In this document: positions 1 through 12,950 of the stretch, in pieces
How the letters are laid out: every line of letters starts with the position of its first letter
Numbering within the stretch: the stretch's first letter is position 1
DNA from: Macrostomum lignano
Taxonomy: Eukaryota
Length of the DNA stretch: 64,000 bases
Direction: 5' to 3'
Assembly: GCA_002269645.1 (NCBI GenBank)
Contig: NIVC01002067.1
Location: forward strand, 143,383 to 207,382
The notes under the pieces: generated by a model
Seen by the model: the letters and a program-made list of their open reading frames with translations, nothing else
Database searches by the model: none
What the model was told of the DNA's origin: nothing
Translations under genes and position numbers: made by a program

Positions 1-948
1 GGCGGAGGGAGGCGAGGAGAGAGGAGAAAGAAAGCTGAAGAAATCATCCCAGCCTAGAAATCAAGCCCCCAACCTCCCAGCCTTGACCGGAGGAAGAAGA
101 AATGCATTAGACAGAGAGGGAAGGGGAACGGAAGAGCTATCGATCTGTGCTCCCCACAAACGTTCAACCGAAATCCTCCCCCCCCTCTTATCAAGGCAGC
201 ATCTCGCACACTGTGCTGCTGCACAAGCAGGCTTCGGCAGAGGAAAGGAGAGAGAGAGGCTATAGGCTAGCAACGCAAATTTCCAGGACCTGCACTGCAT
301 GCTTGCGTGCGAGCAGGAGAGCGCAATCCGCCATCTCCTATAGCTTAGTGGAATCCTCTTGCTTGCCTGTCTTCTACCGCTTCTATCTAACTCGACTTTC
401 CTTCCTCTTCCCTTTTGCCTCTCCCGAAACCTCGTTTCCTTTCAGACTGCTACTGCTCCTGCCTGCCTTCCCTTGGATATTTATTTCTGCCTGCAGTCGC
501 ACGCAACGCAAGGAAGTCCGAAATGGGCCCTTTTTGCCTTGACTTTTCTTTCTTCATTCTATCCTTTTTCGCTACTTTTTTGCCTTTTAAACAGACTGAG
601 CTTTTTCGCTTTTCATAGGTTCTTGTCTACCAAAACCGGATTTTAAAAAAATGATTTTGATGCTTATAAATCATTTCAATCAATGCGATGATGTATACGA
701 ATGCGAGTATATATATATGGGTCTTGTCACTTACTTCAGTATTTACTTGCCATTTAAATTCAGTTTTTTTTCTTTGCATTTCAATCATTGCAGCGACAGT
801 AACAGTCGGTCATACAATAAAATGCAGGGACAGGTTCAGAAAGTATCTGAATCGAATTAAAAATCGCAAGGAATCCTTAATTGAAACACAGCTACACGCA
901 TGCTTCAGTCAAAACTCAATTGACAATTAAGACTCTTTAGTGTGTCAC

Positions 949-1600
949 TCACAAGTTCTCCTCACTACTCTGACTTTGACTCTGAGTCACAAGTTCTCCT
1001 CACTACTCTGACTTTGACTCTGAGTCACAAGTTCTCCTCACTACTCTGACTTTGACTCTGAGTCACAAGTTCTCCTCACTACTCTGACTTTGACTCTGAG
1101 TCACAAGTTCTCCTCACTACTCTGACTTTGACTCTGAGTCACAAGTTCTCCTCACTACTCTGACTTTGACTCTGAGTCACAAGTTCTCCTCACTACTCTG
1201 ACTTTGACTCTGAGTCACAAGTTCTCCTCACTACTCTGACTTTGACTCTGAGTCACAAGTTCTCCTCACTACTCTGACTTTGACTCTGAGTCACAAGTTC
1301 TCCTCACTACTCTGACTTTGACTCTGAGTCACAAGTTCTCCTCACTACTCTGACTTTGACTCTGAGTCACAAGTTCTCCCTACACAGATCCTTCTCTGAG
1401 TCACAATTTCTCCCTACACAGATCCTTCTCTGAGTCACAATTTCTCCCTACACAAATCCTTCTCTGAGTCACAATTTCTCCCTACACAGATCCTTCTCTG
1501 AGTCACAAGTTCTCCCTACAAAGATCCTTCAGTGAGTCACAATTTCTCCCTACACAAATCCTTCAGTGAGTCACAAGTTCTCCCTACAAACATCCTTCTG
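949..1600. repeat. Minisatellite: about 11 copies of a 38-bp unit grading into about 6 copies of a related 34-bp unit
   Basis: Unit TCACAAGTTCTCCTCACTACTCTGACTTTGACTCTGAG, then TCACAATTTCTCCCTACACAGATCCTTCTCTGAG; both share TGAGTCACAA. No unique spacers. Confidence 0.95.
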
Positions 1601-1759
1601 CAACTGAGAAGTTCTCATGACAGAGACTTTCGATAAAAAATTTAATTCATTTAGAGTTAATTGTTCAATTCTTTTACAAAAAACGTACATAAGTAACTGG
1701 GAATGATGGATTGATCGAATGCTTTATAAATTTAAAGCCAGTTTTTTCCAAAACATCAG

Positions 1760-2620
1760 ACGAAAGTGAAGAGAAACTTTAAAGCAAGGCAAAGTTGTTT
1801 TGCAAATTGCAATTTGGGCATAGATCTTGAAGCGAGGTCGACAAACTTGAACGAGCAGCAGAGAGCAGGCATCCAGCTAAGGGGGTTGGGGAGGGGGTTA
1901 GTTGCTTTGGAAAGCCATGGGGGAGAGCGAGGCCGAGTGTGCGAAGAATCCTGAATGTGGGAGGAGGAGGATAGGGGATGGGCAGAAACGGATCAATACG
2001 AGGAGCAGGCGAGGAGGGACACAAGGCCTGGCGGGGACTTGAGTCAATGGATGCAGATGAAGCGAGTAGCGCTGCGTGGGGATTAGTTTGGGTAGAGGGA
2101 GAGAGAAGGGGCGGGGCCTACTCCGGGACTCTCTTACAGCATCCTGCAGAACTCGAGGAAAAGTGGTGCACGCGAAGGAGAAACCAAAAGGTCGGGTATA
2201 CGACTAGTGAGCAGGAGCAGCGGGGGGCGACTTCTCCGAGCTGCGCTGAGGAAAACAGAAAATTCCAATCGATAAGGAGAGAGGAGAGGAGAGGAGAGAG
2301 GCAGAGCCAAGCCGAGCAGAGCAGGGTGCTAAATTAGTTGGGGAGAGAAAGCCCCGACTAACCCTGAAGTTCCCACGGATGCTGAGCCCTGCCTGCCCGC
2401 CTCCCTTGAGACTTCGGTCTAAGGGATTGGGAATGCGCTGGGAGAAGGAGAGAGAGAGAGAGAGGAGACATGAGGCAACGATGCGAGTGAAATTGGGATC
2501 TAGAGAGGGACAGAAAGATTGGCGTACGAATGGGGGGACCGAGCAGGAGCAAAGTATAGGGAGGGAAAGCACTAAGACGAGCTTAGACAAATTGCCAAGC
2601 AGCGGTATTAGTGGCATTGA
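1760..2620 (-). mobile_element. Possible highly degraded LINE remnant
   Basis: Only a weak hint: the minus-strand translation contains RPRSPPWL, resembling the PPW motif that precedes RNase H in I-group LINEs. Many stops and no RT motif. Confidence 0.2.
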
Positions 2621-2899
2621 AAGCTATAAAAAATAAAGTTAGTCGCTTTCTTTCCATACTACTGAACAGAGCAGCGTAGTAGAGTTGAAAGTAAAATACA
2701 AGCTAGATGTGGCTAAAGTGAATTGTAATATTCAGAAATAAATTTGAAACAGGTTTATTTTGTTTTAAATTAATCCTATTTTCCTTGGCAGTCTCACAGA
2801 GAAATAAAAAAAAACTACAAAAATAAGGTGTGTTTAAATAGTAATAGAATTTTGTCAAAAAAATTGAATAGATAAAATCAGATTGATGACTGAGCTGAT

Positions 2900-3459
2900 T
2901 CCCTTCACAGGGGACAGATGGATGAGCACCCAAAACTGCTGGCAATCATGCACTGCAGTTCTGTTGCCTCTCTTGAAGGCTCAAGAATGTGCTTCTAAAC
3001 CAAAACTGGAAGGATATTTACACCCCTGTCATGACCCCATTACCATTACTACCTCGCTAGACACTGCTTCCTCCGAGGTTGGATCTCGAGAGTGAACCTT
3101 GTCCTTTTTGTGAATATGACAATGAAGATGCTTAGCACTTTGTTTGTCCCTGCCCTTTCTTTACCAGAAAGAGACTGGATATACTAGATTGGGCCAAACC
3201 TGTCTATTGATGAGGTCTGCTAGCCCAATAGCATCCCATGCCTCATCAAGTTCCTTCAGACAACAAGATCCTTCAGCCACTTTCTTCCTTACAGAAGAAG
3301 ATCATGCATACTGCAGGACAGACTGACAACTGGTCCCATGCCTCTGCATGTTTGTATGCCTTCAGGGGCCAGTCGCCGCTAGCGGAATGGGTGATCCTTA
3401 CCTCCTTTGCCGTGTCTACGGTCTACAGACCACCCTGCATCTCAGTCAAGTAAGTCAAG
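2900..3459 (+). mobile_element. Degenerate 3' end of an RNase H-type LINE, related to 28777-29789
   Basis: Encodes CPFCEYDNEDA*HFVCPCP versus CPFCNLENEDAKHFVCYCP at about 29455. Shares GCTAGCGGAATGGGTGA (vs ATTAGCGGAATGGGCGA) and ends in the same tail AGTCAAGTAAGTCAAG. Confidence 0.8.
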
Positions 3460-3584
3460 GGGTGTTCATCTAAAAATTACTGAGACAATGTGTGATAGGG
3501 TAGATTGCCAAGCAGATATACTTTTAACCTACTATTAGTAGTTCAGACTTAAAATTTAGTGTAGTAGAAAATATTAGGGAATGA

Positions 3585-5735
3585 TGTAACCACGCTCTGG
3601 TCGCGGGATAGGGCATGGGAACTTTTTCGAAAGTGCCTCCTATCCCGTGCACCCTCTGCACAAAGCTGTCGAGACTCGGCCAGGTCTCCGACCGGGCCTG
3701 GAGACTCCCGCTCTGCTGCACCCCTCCTGCTGCCTTGGTCCCGTCTCTCCTGCCGCCACACCTGCCTTTCCGGAGCCCCTACCCCTTTCTCTACCTCCTC
3801 CTTTTTTTGTCTCCCTCTGCACTCTTTTCCTGCGCTGTCCCCTCTTTCCCTGTGTCTACTTACAGTACTTTGTGTGCTCACCGTCTCCCCATCCCCTCTC
3901 AAACTCCCAAACGGTGACGCAAGTCGTGTGACCCCTTCTCCCCCTCGGTGACTCATCGATGACTCATCCCCCTCTCTTGCGCAACCTTTTCTCACGCTAT
4001 TGTTCTCCTTCCCAAATTTCTCATGTGACACCCACCCCACCTCCGCTTCTATTGTTCTCGTTTTTGCTTCTTTTGTTCTCTCGACCCCCACCAATTATCA
4101 CATTTTCTCCGATTTTCTCTTTCTTTTGTTCTCGTTTTCGCACCTAATTATCACCTTTTCTCCAATGTTTACTTTTCCATTGTTCTCAGTTTTCCCCAAT
4201 TATCCCCGATTTCCAATTCCTTTGTTCTCGACCCCAGCCCTATTGTTCTCAATGTTTGCTTGCGCAACACTTTCGCGACCACCCGCTGCGCCAATTATCC
4301 CCCACCCCACCTCCGGATTGCGCAATTTCCCGATTTCTCATGTTGCTATGCCGGTCTCATGCTTCTCATCATGACTCATTCTGACGTCATTCTGCCGGCA
4401 GCCAATCAGAGAGAGGGAGCCATGGTAACGACCTTGAGGAGGCGGCTGTGAGGTCTATAAAAGGAAGCGATTTCGGCATGAGAATACTCAACTGAGTTTA
4501 TCTCTGTTCCTCTCCTCGTCCTTCTTTGGACTTGCTGTCAGATTGAGTTCTGACCCATTCGTCTATAAGACGAATCCCTGCCGGTCCGCGGTCTGTTACC
4601 GCCAAGTTATCCTTAGCTCCCCAAGTGAGCTCGCCTATCGGCCAGCGGTCTGATACCGCCCAGCATCATCAGCATCGCCTGATCTACATCAGCGCCTCGT
4701 CGCTCCAGCGCATCGCCGCTTCACCGTCTGCCTGACTGCAGCCTACAGCCGCCACCGGTCACTCCGCCTCTCTCTCTCTGTGCAGCTGCCGGTAAGTTCC
4801 TGTTACTAATTTGTGCTCTAATTGCCTTTGCTTATCCGGGGTTTGCCTATTTTCCATTGTCTGATTAGAGAGCTGAGCCAATTGTGATACCGTATCTTTT
4901 GCTGTATTTTACTCAATAGTGAAGCCGCCTAATTGCCTGCTTATTTGCCTAAGGGCCTAATTATTAACTATTAACTAACTTCATCATTATTCAATCTTTC
5001 ACCATCATTTCACTCATGGCTTGCTAAGCCTTTCTCCCGGGGTGGCAAAGCATAAGGAAGTTTGGGTAAGCTAATGGCCTCTCCCCGTGCAAAGCCCGCC
5101 TGTGAGTGCGTGCTGCGGGGCTGCGTGTGCGTGCAGTAGAGGGATTAGCGAGTCTTGGCACAGAATGGCAGTAGGAAGGTTGCAACCCCATGCTAACGCG
5201 TCCCTTCGCCCTGAGCAATCTAAACTGTAGACAGTACATGTTCGCCTCATACTACTCTTAGTAATCAAAGTCGCAAGTCAGCCTCGCTCACAGCCACAAA
5301 GGATCCCCTGCTGAGAAATCCTCCAGGATTGAGCCCAGAGTTCCCGATCATGCCCCAAGCAGAGTCCCTGTACTCGGCTGCATGCGTCTCCCCTGTTAGC
5401 CTAAATCCCCTGGTAACCAATCCAGGCGGGGCTCTAGCCTCGAGAGGTCTGGTAGAAAGATCCAGGTGCGCCAGGTCACATAGAGTGGTGGCAGCCACTC
5501 GGTCATACCATGACCGAGTGACCAACTATTGCACCTTGGCTACAGGTGGGGTCCATGTGGGTCCTTGGCCCTCTGGTCACGAAGCGCTACCAAAGCTACT
5601 AATCATGTGGGCGGGACAGTCTGGTGCTGGAGGTCCGTCAGGTCATTGCCCGGTCATAGGCAGCCTACGGTCATTGCCCCCTCTAGCCATGCGTTCGTCT
5701 CTCTACGGAGCGGACAGGCGACAAGGGCGGTTACA
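3585..5735 (+). mobile_element. LTR-like non-coding element of about 2.15 kb (possible large solo LTR)
   Basis: Begins TGTAACCAC and ends GCGGTTACA (terminal inverted TGTAACC). Contains an internal CCAAT/TATA promoter and a GTAAGT donor at 4792. The flanks (AATGA / TCAGG) do not form a TSD. Confidence 0.4.
4372..4463 (+). promoter_or_regulatory. Pol II promoter cluster (AP-1, CRE, CCAAT, TATA)
   Basis: TGACTCA at 4372, TGACGTCA at 4382, CCAAT at 4402 and TATAAAAG at 4456, in canonical order. Confidence 0.55.
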
Positions 5736-6164
5736 TCAGGAACATTATTCACGTAGAAGAAAGGATTAAGAGGGAAAAGAAGAGAGGAGAGAGAAAAGAC
5801 AAAGAGATGTAATAGAAAGGATAAGAGAGCAGATAAGAAAGAAGAGAGGAGAGTAGAGAAGAGAAGTAAAATGAGAGAAAAGAGAGAAGAAAAGAAAAAT
5901 AAGAGAGTAGATAGGAGATAAGAGAGTAGAAGCGAGAGAAAAGAAAGGACAAATAAAAGAAAGGTGAGTAAGCGAGAAAAGATGAGAGAGAATTTTTGTT
6001 CACTTTTATCCTACTCGTTGAACTTTCACCTCATTCCTGTAATGCAATCAGATACGGGGTGGAAATTCCGAATCTGTAACGAAAATTTACAGAATCCGGG
6101 CGAATTTTCCGGATCAGAATAAAAAATTCCGGAAAATAGACCGGGATCTCTATAAAAATTCCGG

Positions 6165-6930
6165 TAACAGTTCCGGGTGAATTCTGGGTGAGGGAACCGG
6201 ATCTGCAGCCGAATCCGGATGAATTCTGGGTGAGGGAACCGGATCTGCAGCCGAATCCGGATGAATTCTGGGTGAGGGAACCGGATCTGTAGCCGAATCT
6301 GGGTGAATTCTGGGTGAGGGAACCGGATCTGCAGCCGAATCCGGGTGAATTCTGGGTGAGGGAACCGGATCTGCAGCCGAATCCGAATGAATTCTGGGTG
6401 AGGGAACCGGATCTGCGGCCGAATCCGGCCGGTGAATTCTGGGTGAGGGAACCGGATCTGCAGCCGAATCCGGGTGAATTCTGGGTGAGGGAACCGGATC
6501 TGCGGCCGAATCCGAATGAATTCTGGATGAGGAACCGGATCTGCGGCCGAATCCGAATGAATTCTGGATGAGGAACCGGATCTGCGGCCGAATCCGAATG
6601 AATTCTGGATGAGGGAACCGGATCTGCGGCCGAATCCGAATGAATTCTGGGTGAGGGAACCGGATCTGCGGCCGAATCCGGCCGGTGAATTCTGGGTGAG
6701 GGAACCGGATCTGCGGCCGAATCCGAATGAATTCTGGATGAGGAACCGGATCTGCGGCCGAATCCGAATGAATTCTGGATGAGGAACCGGATCTGCGGCC
6801 GAATCCGAATGAATTCTGGATGAGGGAACCGGATCTGTAGCCGAATCCGAATGAATTCTGGATGAGGGAACCGGATCTGTAGCCGAATCCGAATGAATTC
6901 TGGATGAGGGAACCGGATCTGCGGCGGAAT
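6165..6930. repeat. Minisatellite of about 40-43 bp, about 18 copies
   Basis: Unit GAATTCTGG(G/A)TGAGGGAACCGGATCTGC(A/G)GCCGAATCCG(G/A)AT. ORF 6150-6941 is a by-product of the repeat. Confidence 0.95.
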
Positions 6931-8383
6931 CCCGTGCTCAACAGGGTAGCGTAAAATTAAAAATAAAGGACGGGTTCATACTTTTAATTCCACAACTACG
7001 AATTGAATCGAATTCGATTTAGCCGTCTTCAAAGAGAAATATTAAATTCAGTTGTACGTATACAGAACTGTAAAATATTTCACTTTCCGAAACACAAAAT
7101 GCTATCATATCAATACGCTTTTCTGACCTTCTCAATGGCACTCAATGTCAGTCCATCTATATAAGCAGGTCTAATAATTGATGCTACACTGGATTGGCGA
7201 TCTGCTCCGACCGGGTGCTAAGTCGCTGGTCTGACCTGCTGGGCCCTGACGCGAATCCGACGGCAACTGACGCGTGAATCAGACGTTGGAAAGATTGGGT
7301 CACGGGCGCGAACAACGATTAATCAGACCACTGATGGGGGCTTGCATTATATTCCGGCGCAATGAAATTACTCATCATTATAAGGTTGAATTAAATGGCG
7401 ATGGAAGGCAGTTTCTCAAAAATACACAGTTATAAAGCAGACAGTAATGTACATGTGCATACACATTTGATTGTCCAGCTCTAACAGACAGTGACGGTAC
7501 GCCGACAGGCATTGAACATAGGACGACGGCTCGCTAGTGAATTATCAACGGCGTCATCAACTGTGTCGTTCGAAGCGTAGTCGCCCTATGTCGCCCTAAA
7601 ATATGGATAAGGGGAAGGGAATTTACTTAAAAACGATACCCTCCTCTTTTGTCAACCGTGCTTGAGACCGACTTGGTGGTTACCCCTCTTGTAGTCTGTA
7701 TCGGCTACTCTGATCTGATCTGGGACTTGATCAAGGCTTTATATTTTTACCCCTCGACATGATTCCGACCCTCGATCGTAGTCAGTACACTGTTGCGACT
7801 ACTCTCTACTTGATCGAGAATTTATTATCTCTCGACATGATTACCGACCTGATCGTAGTCTGTATCGATTACTCTGATCTTAGACTTGATCTGCTCACGG
7901 CTGGTGCAACAGCAACTGCAATTTGGAATTGAATTTCTGTTCGAATTCTTAAAGTAAAGGAAGTGATTTTATACTAATGCTCATGACCTTTGATAGAAAA
8001 AATGCGTTAGGTTGAAATAAATTGGATATCGCTCGCGTGAACTTCGAAAATGAGAACATTTCTTGGAAAACAAGTTTGGATAACGCGCAGGATATGGATA
8101 AAACAAACTCCCTTGAAAATGAAGGTACTGTAATATTGTACTAAAATAATTAAAAGATTATATACCGGTACATGTACAATTGTTTCTTCTGAGTTGTCGC
8201 CGATTTCGCTTTGCCGAATTATTTGTTTGTCGCCGATCAAATATACCAGTCAGCACCCGTTGAGTATTGACACATCGACATACATGTACATGTATTGTGC
8301 AACTATAGGCCTAAACTACCAGGAGATGAGATTCATATCGTTTCTTGTTCTCGAGTTTCCTTCTCGTCCCCCGTGAGACGTAC

Positions 8384-9105
8384 TGTTGTGTATGGACTTT
8401 TGGTTTAGCAAATGCACTAATGCTTCCCTTCTTTTGTCTATAGTCTAGGGTACAATCTTTTATTTCTTTAAGAGCCGAAGGCTAACAGTATTACAAAGGG
8501 CAGGCAAGACGTGCGCCGGCTAGAGGCAAATAAAGCTTGTGAACAGCTCGTATTTTAAATAATGCTTCTTCGACTTGACTTTGATGTCAGATGGTAGCCT
8601 GGAGGCAATAGTCGGTATAGAAGCAGAAGAAGAGGACATAACAATGGCGACGAGTGTAAAAATCGGAGAGTTCGACGTGGCTAAACCGGAGCAATGGGAA
8701 GCTTATGAAGAACGACTCAAGCAGTTTCTCGTCGTAAACAAAGTGACCGAGGAGGCACATAAGCGAGCAAATCTGATTACAGTGATTGGTAATGACTGCT
8801 ATCAATTGCTCCGCAACCTGCTGTCACCAAAGAAGCCCAAGGATGTGAACTTCGACGATCAAGTCAAGGCCCTGAGGGAGCATTTTAACCCAAGGCCTAA
8901 GATCGTTGTCAAGAGATTCAACTTCCACAGCAGAGCCCAACATGAAGGAGAAAATGTGAGCGATTTCATCGCAAGTCTGCGGAAGTTGGCTGCCACGTGT
9001 GGTTTTAATGAATTCTTGGACGAGGCACTGAGAGACAGGTTCGTTGTCGGCCTAAGGAATCGCCTGACACAGCAGCGTCTGTTGCAAGAAGACACACTGA
9101 CGAGA
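8384..9105 (+). mobile_element. 3'-truncated Ty3/Gypsy (Mag-type) element: 5' LTR, PBS and gag N-terminus only
   Basis: LTR 8384-8643 (TGTTG...TAACA, with AATAAA), then PBS TGGCGACGAG at 8645 overlapping the gag ATG. Gag similarity stops at QEDTLT; pol and 3' LTR are absent. Confidence 0.8.
8644..9105 (+). pseudogene. gag: Truncated retrotransposon Gag (capsid region)
   Basis: IGEFD..WEAYEERLKQF..RFNFHSRAQHEGENVSDFIASLRKLAATCGF..LRDRFVVGL aligns by eye with the Gag N-terminus at 41819. Confidence 0.85.
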
Positions 9106-9285
9106 CGTATACGAGACGAGACGAGACGTACAGTGCGGACGATCTTTAAAAGAATGGGCAAGGACTTCTCAAGTAGACTACTTAAGATGTTTTTGAGAAT
9201 GTGTCACGGTAGAGACGCTTGGCCCGGATACATATATACACTGTAGATCTCTTTTAGCCAATTATAAGTCTAACGCAAATATATA

Positions 9286-10950
9286 TGTAACCCGTCTGAA
9301 AAGACCAGAAGCTTTCTAAAGCAGATGCGCAAAATGTTTTGACAATTCGAATTGATGGGTTTCGGCTTTTTCGGCCCCTTTCGGGAAGCCTTCGGGCCTC
9401 AGGTCTCAGAAATGAATCACTTAGAACTCTGTCTGAACTCTGAACTCTGTCTGAACTCCTGTCAGATGGTCAGTCCCGAGGTAGCAAGATTGTGGGCGAG
9501 CAGCTAGGTCCTATAGCTAAGAGAAGACAGCGAGAGACAAGCAGGGGGAATTTGAAAGGTAGAGATTAGCTAATCCGCAGATTAACTAACCCGCTGCCAC
9601 CAGTCCGTGCGCCCCGGCTCACCAAACCGGAGCTGTCGAAATCGGACTTCCGACTAGAGGGGCACTGCACTTACCTGCCATCTAGTGTATTTTAGCTGTC
9701 TATCTCGAAGTCATAGCCGAATAGAAGGACACTGCTGGGACTAAGATCGCATTGGCCATGCAGGGACTTTTGCAGGGGGTTCTTGCGCTGGCGAGCCTTA
9801 ATTATACACTACTAAATGTACTATTTCATTACCGAATTCCCAGAAGTACATGTACAAGTACACGTAACTGCACACCTTTGGCACTAAATGTGTTAACACG
9901 TCGACAGATAGCGATGATGTAGATGCATTGTTACTTTTGGAGACCGTTAGACTAACATTTATCTCGTTTTAGCCGCTTAGCTGCCTGAGACCTCGCGAAA
10001 GCGCCAGTCTTTCACTGAGTTTGCATGCTTATCATGATTGCTTAGATCGACTGATTGACTGGGAACTGTGCCGCTTCCGGTCCACTGTGACCTCTGCCCC
10101 TAGATCTAGCCGCTCATCTCAGCTGGCATTGCGAAAAAGAATGAAAACGCCAAGTCTTTAACTTCCAGATTTAACTTTCTCACTTAATTCACAATCCTAA
10201 ACGCCTTAGATTGAGTCAGAGCTAATGGCTACTTTTAGTATTAAATGACACTTCTGCCTCGAGTTTGGCACATAAAAAGCAAGTAAGCAAAAGTGCAAAT
10301 CCTATCAGACTACCTAGGAAGGGGTCAGACAAAGGGCGCACCCAGTTAAGCAGGTCAAGATAGCCTCTCACCAAACCAATCAGAGGACCTAACTGCCGGT
10401 AGCCAAGGGATCCGCAGAGACCGAAGCGCTCGGATGGGATGCTGCTGCTGATCTTAACTGACGAGTGTCGCCGGCACTCTTCACTTGCCGGTTGTCGTTG
10501 CTGCTCTTAGATCACTGCCGAAAGATATCGATGATGCTTCTCAGGGGGAACTTAGCTGCTGAAGCCGAAACTGCCGGGGCAAGGTGGACCAGACGTCGAA
10601 GACGCAGCAGATGCCGAAGGGGCCGTCTAAGACGGGGTTAGGACCGTGCAAGAAGGGAGGTCCCACCTGGCTTTTTCGAGCGCGGGTCGAGTTGCCGCCT
10701 TATATAGCTCTCATGCGGCCGATTTGTTATAACGCGCGCCGAATTTTCTGATTGGCTGAGAGCTTTTGTTAATAAAATAGGCGCTGAATTTTCCGATTGG
10801 ACGAGCCGGGGGCAGTCAGGTCGTCTCTGATTGGCTGAGCTCAGGACTCCAAAACCCACCCCACCAGGTGGCCTTCAGACCCCAGGGAAGTTGACAGGTG
10901 CGGTCATAAATCATGTGCAAAGCATTATAAAAGTAATTTGTCTAGACATC
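9286..10950 (-). mobile_element. Second LTR-like non-coding segment; right boundary uncertain
   Basis: The minus strand ends CGGGTTACA at 9286, the same terminus as the 3585-5735 element, and carries a minus-strand CCAAT x3/TATA promoter. No matching second terminus or TSD found. Confidence 0.3.
10697..10836 (-). promoter_or_regulatory. Triple CCAAT plus TATA promoter on the minus strand
   Basis: Plus-strand ATTGG at about 10751, 10796 and 10831 and CTTATATAG at about 10699 read as CCAAT x3 followed by CTATATAAG on the minus strand. Confidence 0.5.
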
Positions 10951-11816
10951 CTGGCGCCAAAAGTGACTGCAAAACGCCCATAAATCAAAGGAGAAGTAAC
11001 AACAGAGCGAGTGGGGAGAAAGCTGGAAAGACCTCTTTGACCCAGACAGTCTGACGTTCAAAGGTGCGTAAACAACCCAAAATTAGAATCCTAAGGGAAG
11101 TACATTGAGTATCTAACACAATTAATAATAATGTCATAAGTTAGTATAGAACCCAGCCTAGATGAGAGGACTTAGGAGAGAAAGTCCTAAGCTAACCTAC
11201 TGACAGTAGTGGAAAAAGCGCATCGAAGCAAAATGTGCGGTTTTAAGACTGAAAAAAGATGCGTCCTCATCAATAACTACAAGTATGGCAGATTAATTAT
11301 AAAGCTACAGAGAAGTCCTACTAGTATGAATTCAAGAAAAATCACAAAATTAAAGAGGGAGAAAAACGCCCATAGCCTGCTGCTAGTAGGCTAGCAAGTT
11401 TGGAACCCATGTGCGAGCGTGAAATTTGGAAAAAAGTGCGTCCTCATCAGAATCATAATTTTTATTTTGGTACTCCAAATTTACAAGTAACAAACTTACT
11501 AAAATTCAAAAACTTTTTTATTCTGTAAAAGTGAAACAAATGTAACTAGTTTTAAGGCGAATGGATCAAGTAAAACAGCGTGTGCAAATTTTTTACAAAT
11601 ATTGCTTAAGTGCTTAATCAATAAAAAAGCTAACAGCTACATAAAAATTGCTACCCATAGTGACCAAAATCACGCCACGAAAATGCCGTGGCCCAATTGT
11701 CTTGACTCTTAATAATCACTGAGTCATTGACTAAACGAAGAAAAAAATTTAATAGGTTGAAGGTTCTCCTTAGTTCTTTAAATTCTAAAATATAACATTG
11801 ACAGTGATTAACGAAG

Positions 11817-11874
11817 ATGAAGATAAACTTCTGTATCGGTGTTTGCTTTTTCATTTCCATCATTTCCTTGCAGT
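11817..11874 (+). CDS. CD164/porimin-like sialomucin, exon 1 (signal peptide)
   Basis: ATG AAG ATA ... CAG T|GTAAGT encodes MKINFCIGVCFFISIISLQ. The phase-1 donor joins TTTTAG|GC at 12951 to give ...LQCLA/NP. Confidence 0.75.
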
Positions 11875-12950
11875 GTAAGTTCTTAATTTTCTATTCACAT
11901 GACACATGACAATAACTTAAGTAGGCATAAGTACTGAAACTGTAGTAGTATCTGGTATGTGTATTCCATATAGGCAAATATTTAAACATATACTTTCCCC
12001 CCTTTTATTGACTTTCTGGACTGTCTAGGCTTACCATATAGATAGACCAGAGGATGTTTTACATGACAAGGTGACTTTCAAAATGGTCCTAATCTGAAAA
12101 AGTAGGGCCTATAACAGAGGGCAGAGGCACTGTATCACAGTATCAAATAAACAAATTTCCTAAACATAGGATTAGGGCATTAGGGTAGGATGCAGTGGTG
12201 GGTTTCCATGATTTTTTGTGCCTATGCTTTTTGGTACCTAGCATTTTGGTATCTCAGATTTTTGTTTGGCTAGGTCTACTCATCATATGCATGGTACCAA
12301 ATAAATAGTACTAGAATAAACACTATTTGTGTGTATCAATTTTCCACTATAAATAGTATTGCTGTCACCAAACCAAACCATAGCACCTGCAGCATTAATT
12401 AAAATGAGAGCCTGTGATGCCAAAATGAGTGCCTATGGTGCTCACTTGAGTGCCTGCAGTGCCAAAATGAGTGCCTGCAGCACTAAAATGAGTGCTGACA
12501 ATACCAATTTTGAAAATAATGTATATGTAGGAATTTATTCATGTATACATACGTGTATAATAGTTGTCTTTGTCCCCCCTACCAAAAATCCATGGCAATG
12601 CCCCTGAATTTAAATAAAAATATCCAATAAAAAATTAATACATAATCCTTACTTTCTGAACAAAAAGCTTTATAAATAATAATAGAACTATAAAAAAGGC
12701 AAAACATATCAAAATTTGAACACTGGCTCTGCCTCTCATCAAAAGCAATAACAATTTTAATATGAAAAAAGTTCTTATCTCCATAGTGTATCTTTGGTGA
12801 AAATCAGCCACTTTAATATTTTCTGAGAAATGTAGTTTCCCCTCCTTTTACTTGAGTAGTCCTTGGGGTTTATATTGTTAATATTTGATTATTATTTAAT
12901 TAAAATTGTGCACAACAAATATTCATTTTATCATTAAAAATCAATTTTAG

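Noticed and set aside
949-1600. CRISPR-like array (also considered for the 28-40-bp arrays at 6165, 13690 and 16721)
   Set aside because: Units are head-to-tail with no unique spacers, there are no cas genes and the context is eukaryotic.
10949-10960. PBS (TGGCGCC) after a + strand LTR 9286-10948
   Set aside because: The match does not extend beyond 7 nt to a tRNA end I can recognise, no gag follows, and the promoter motifs point the other way.
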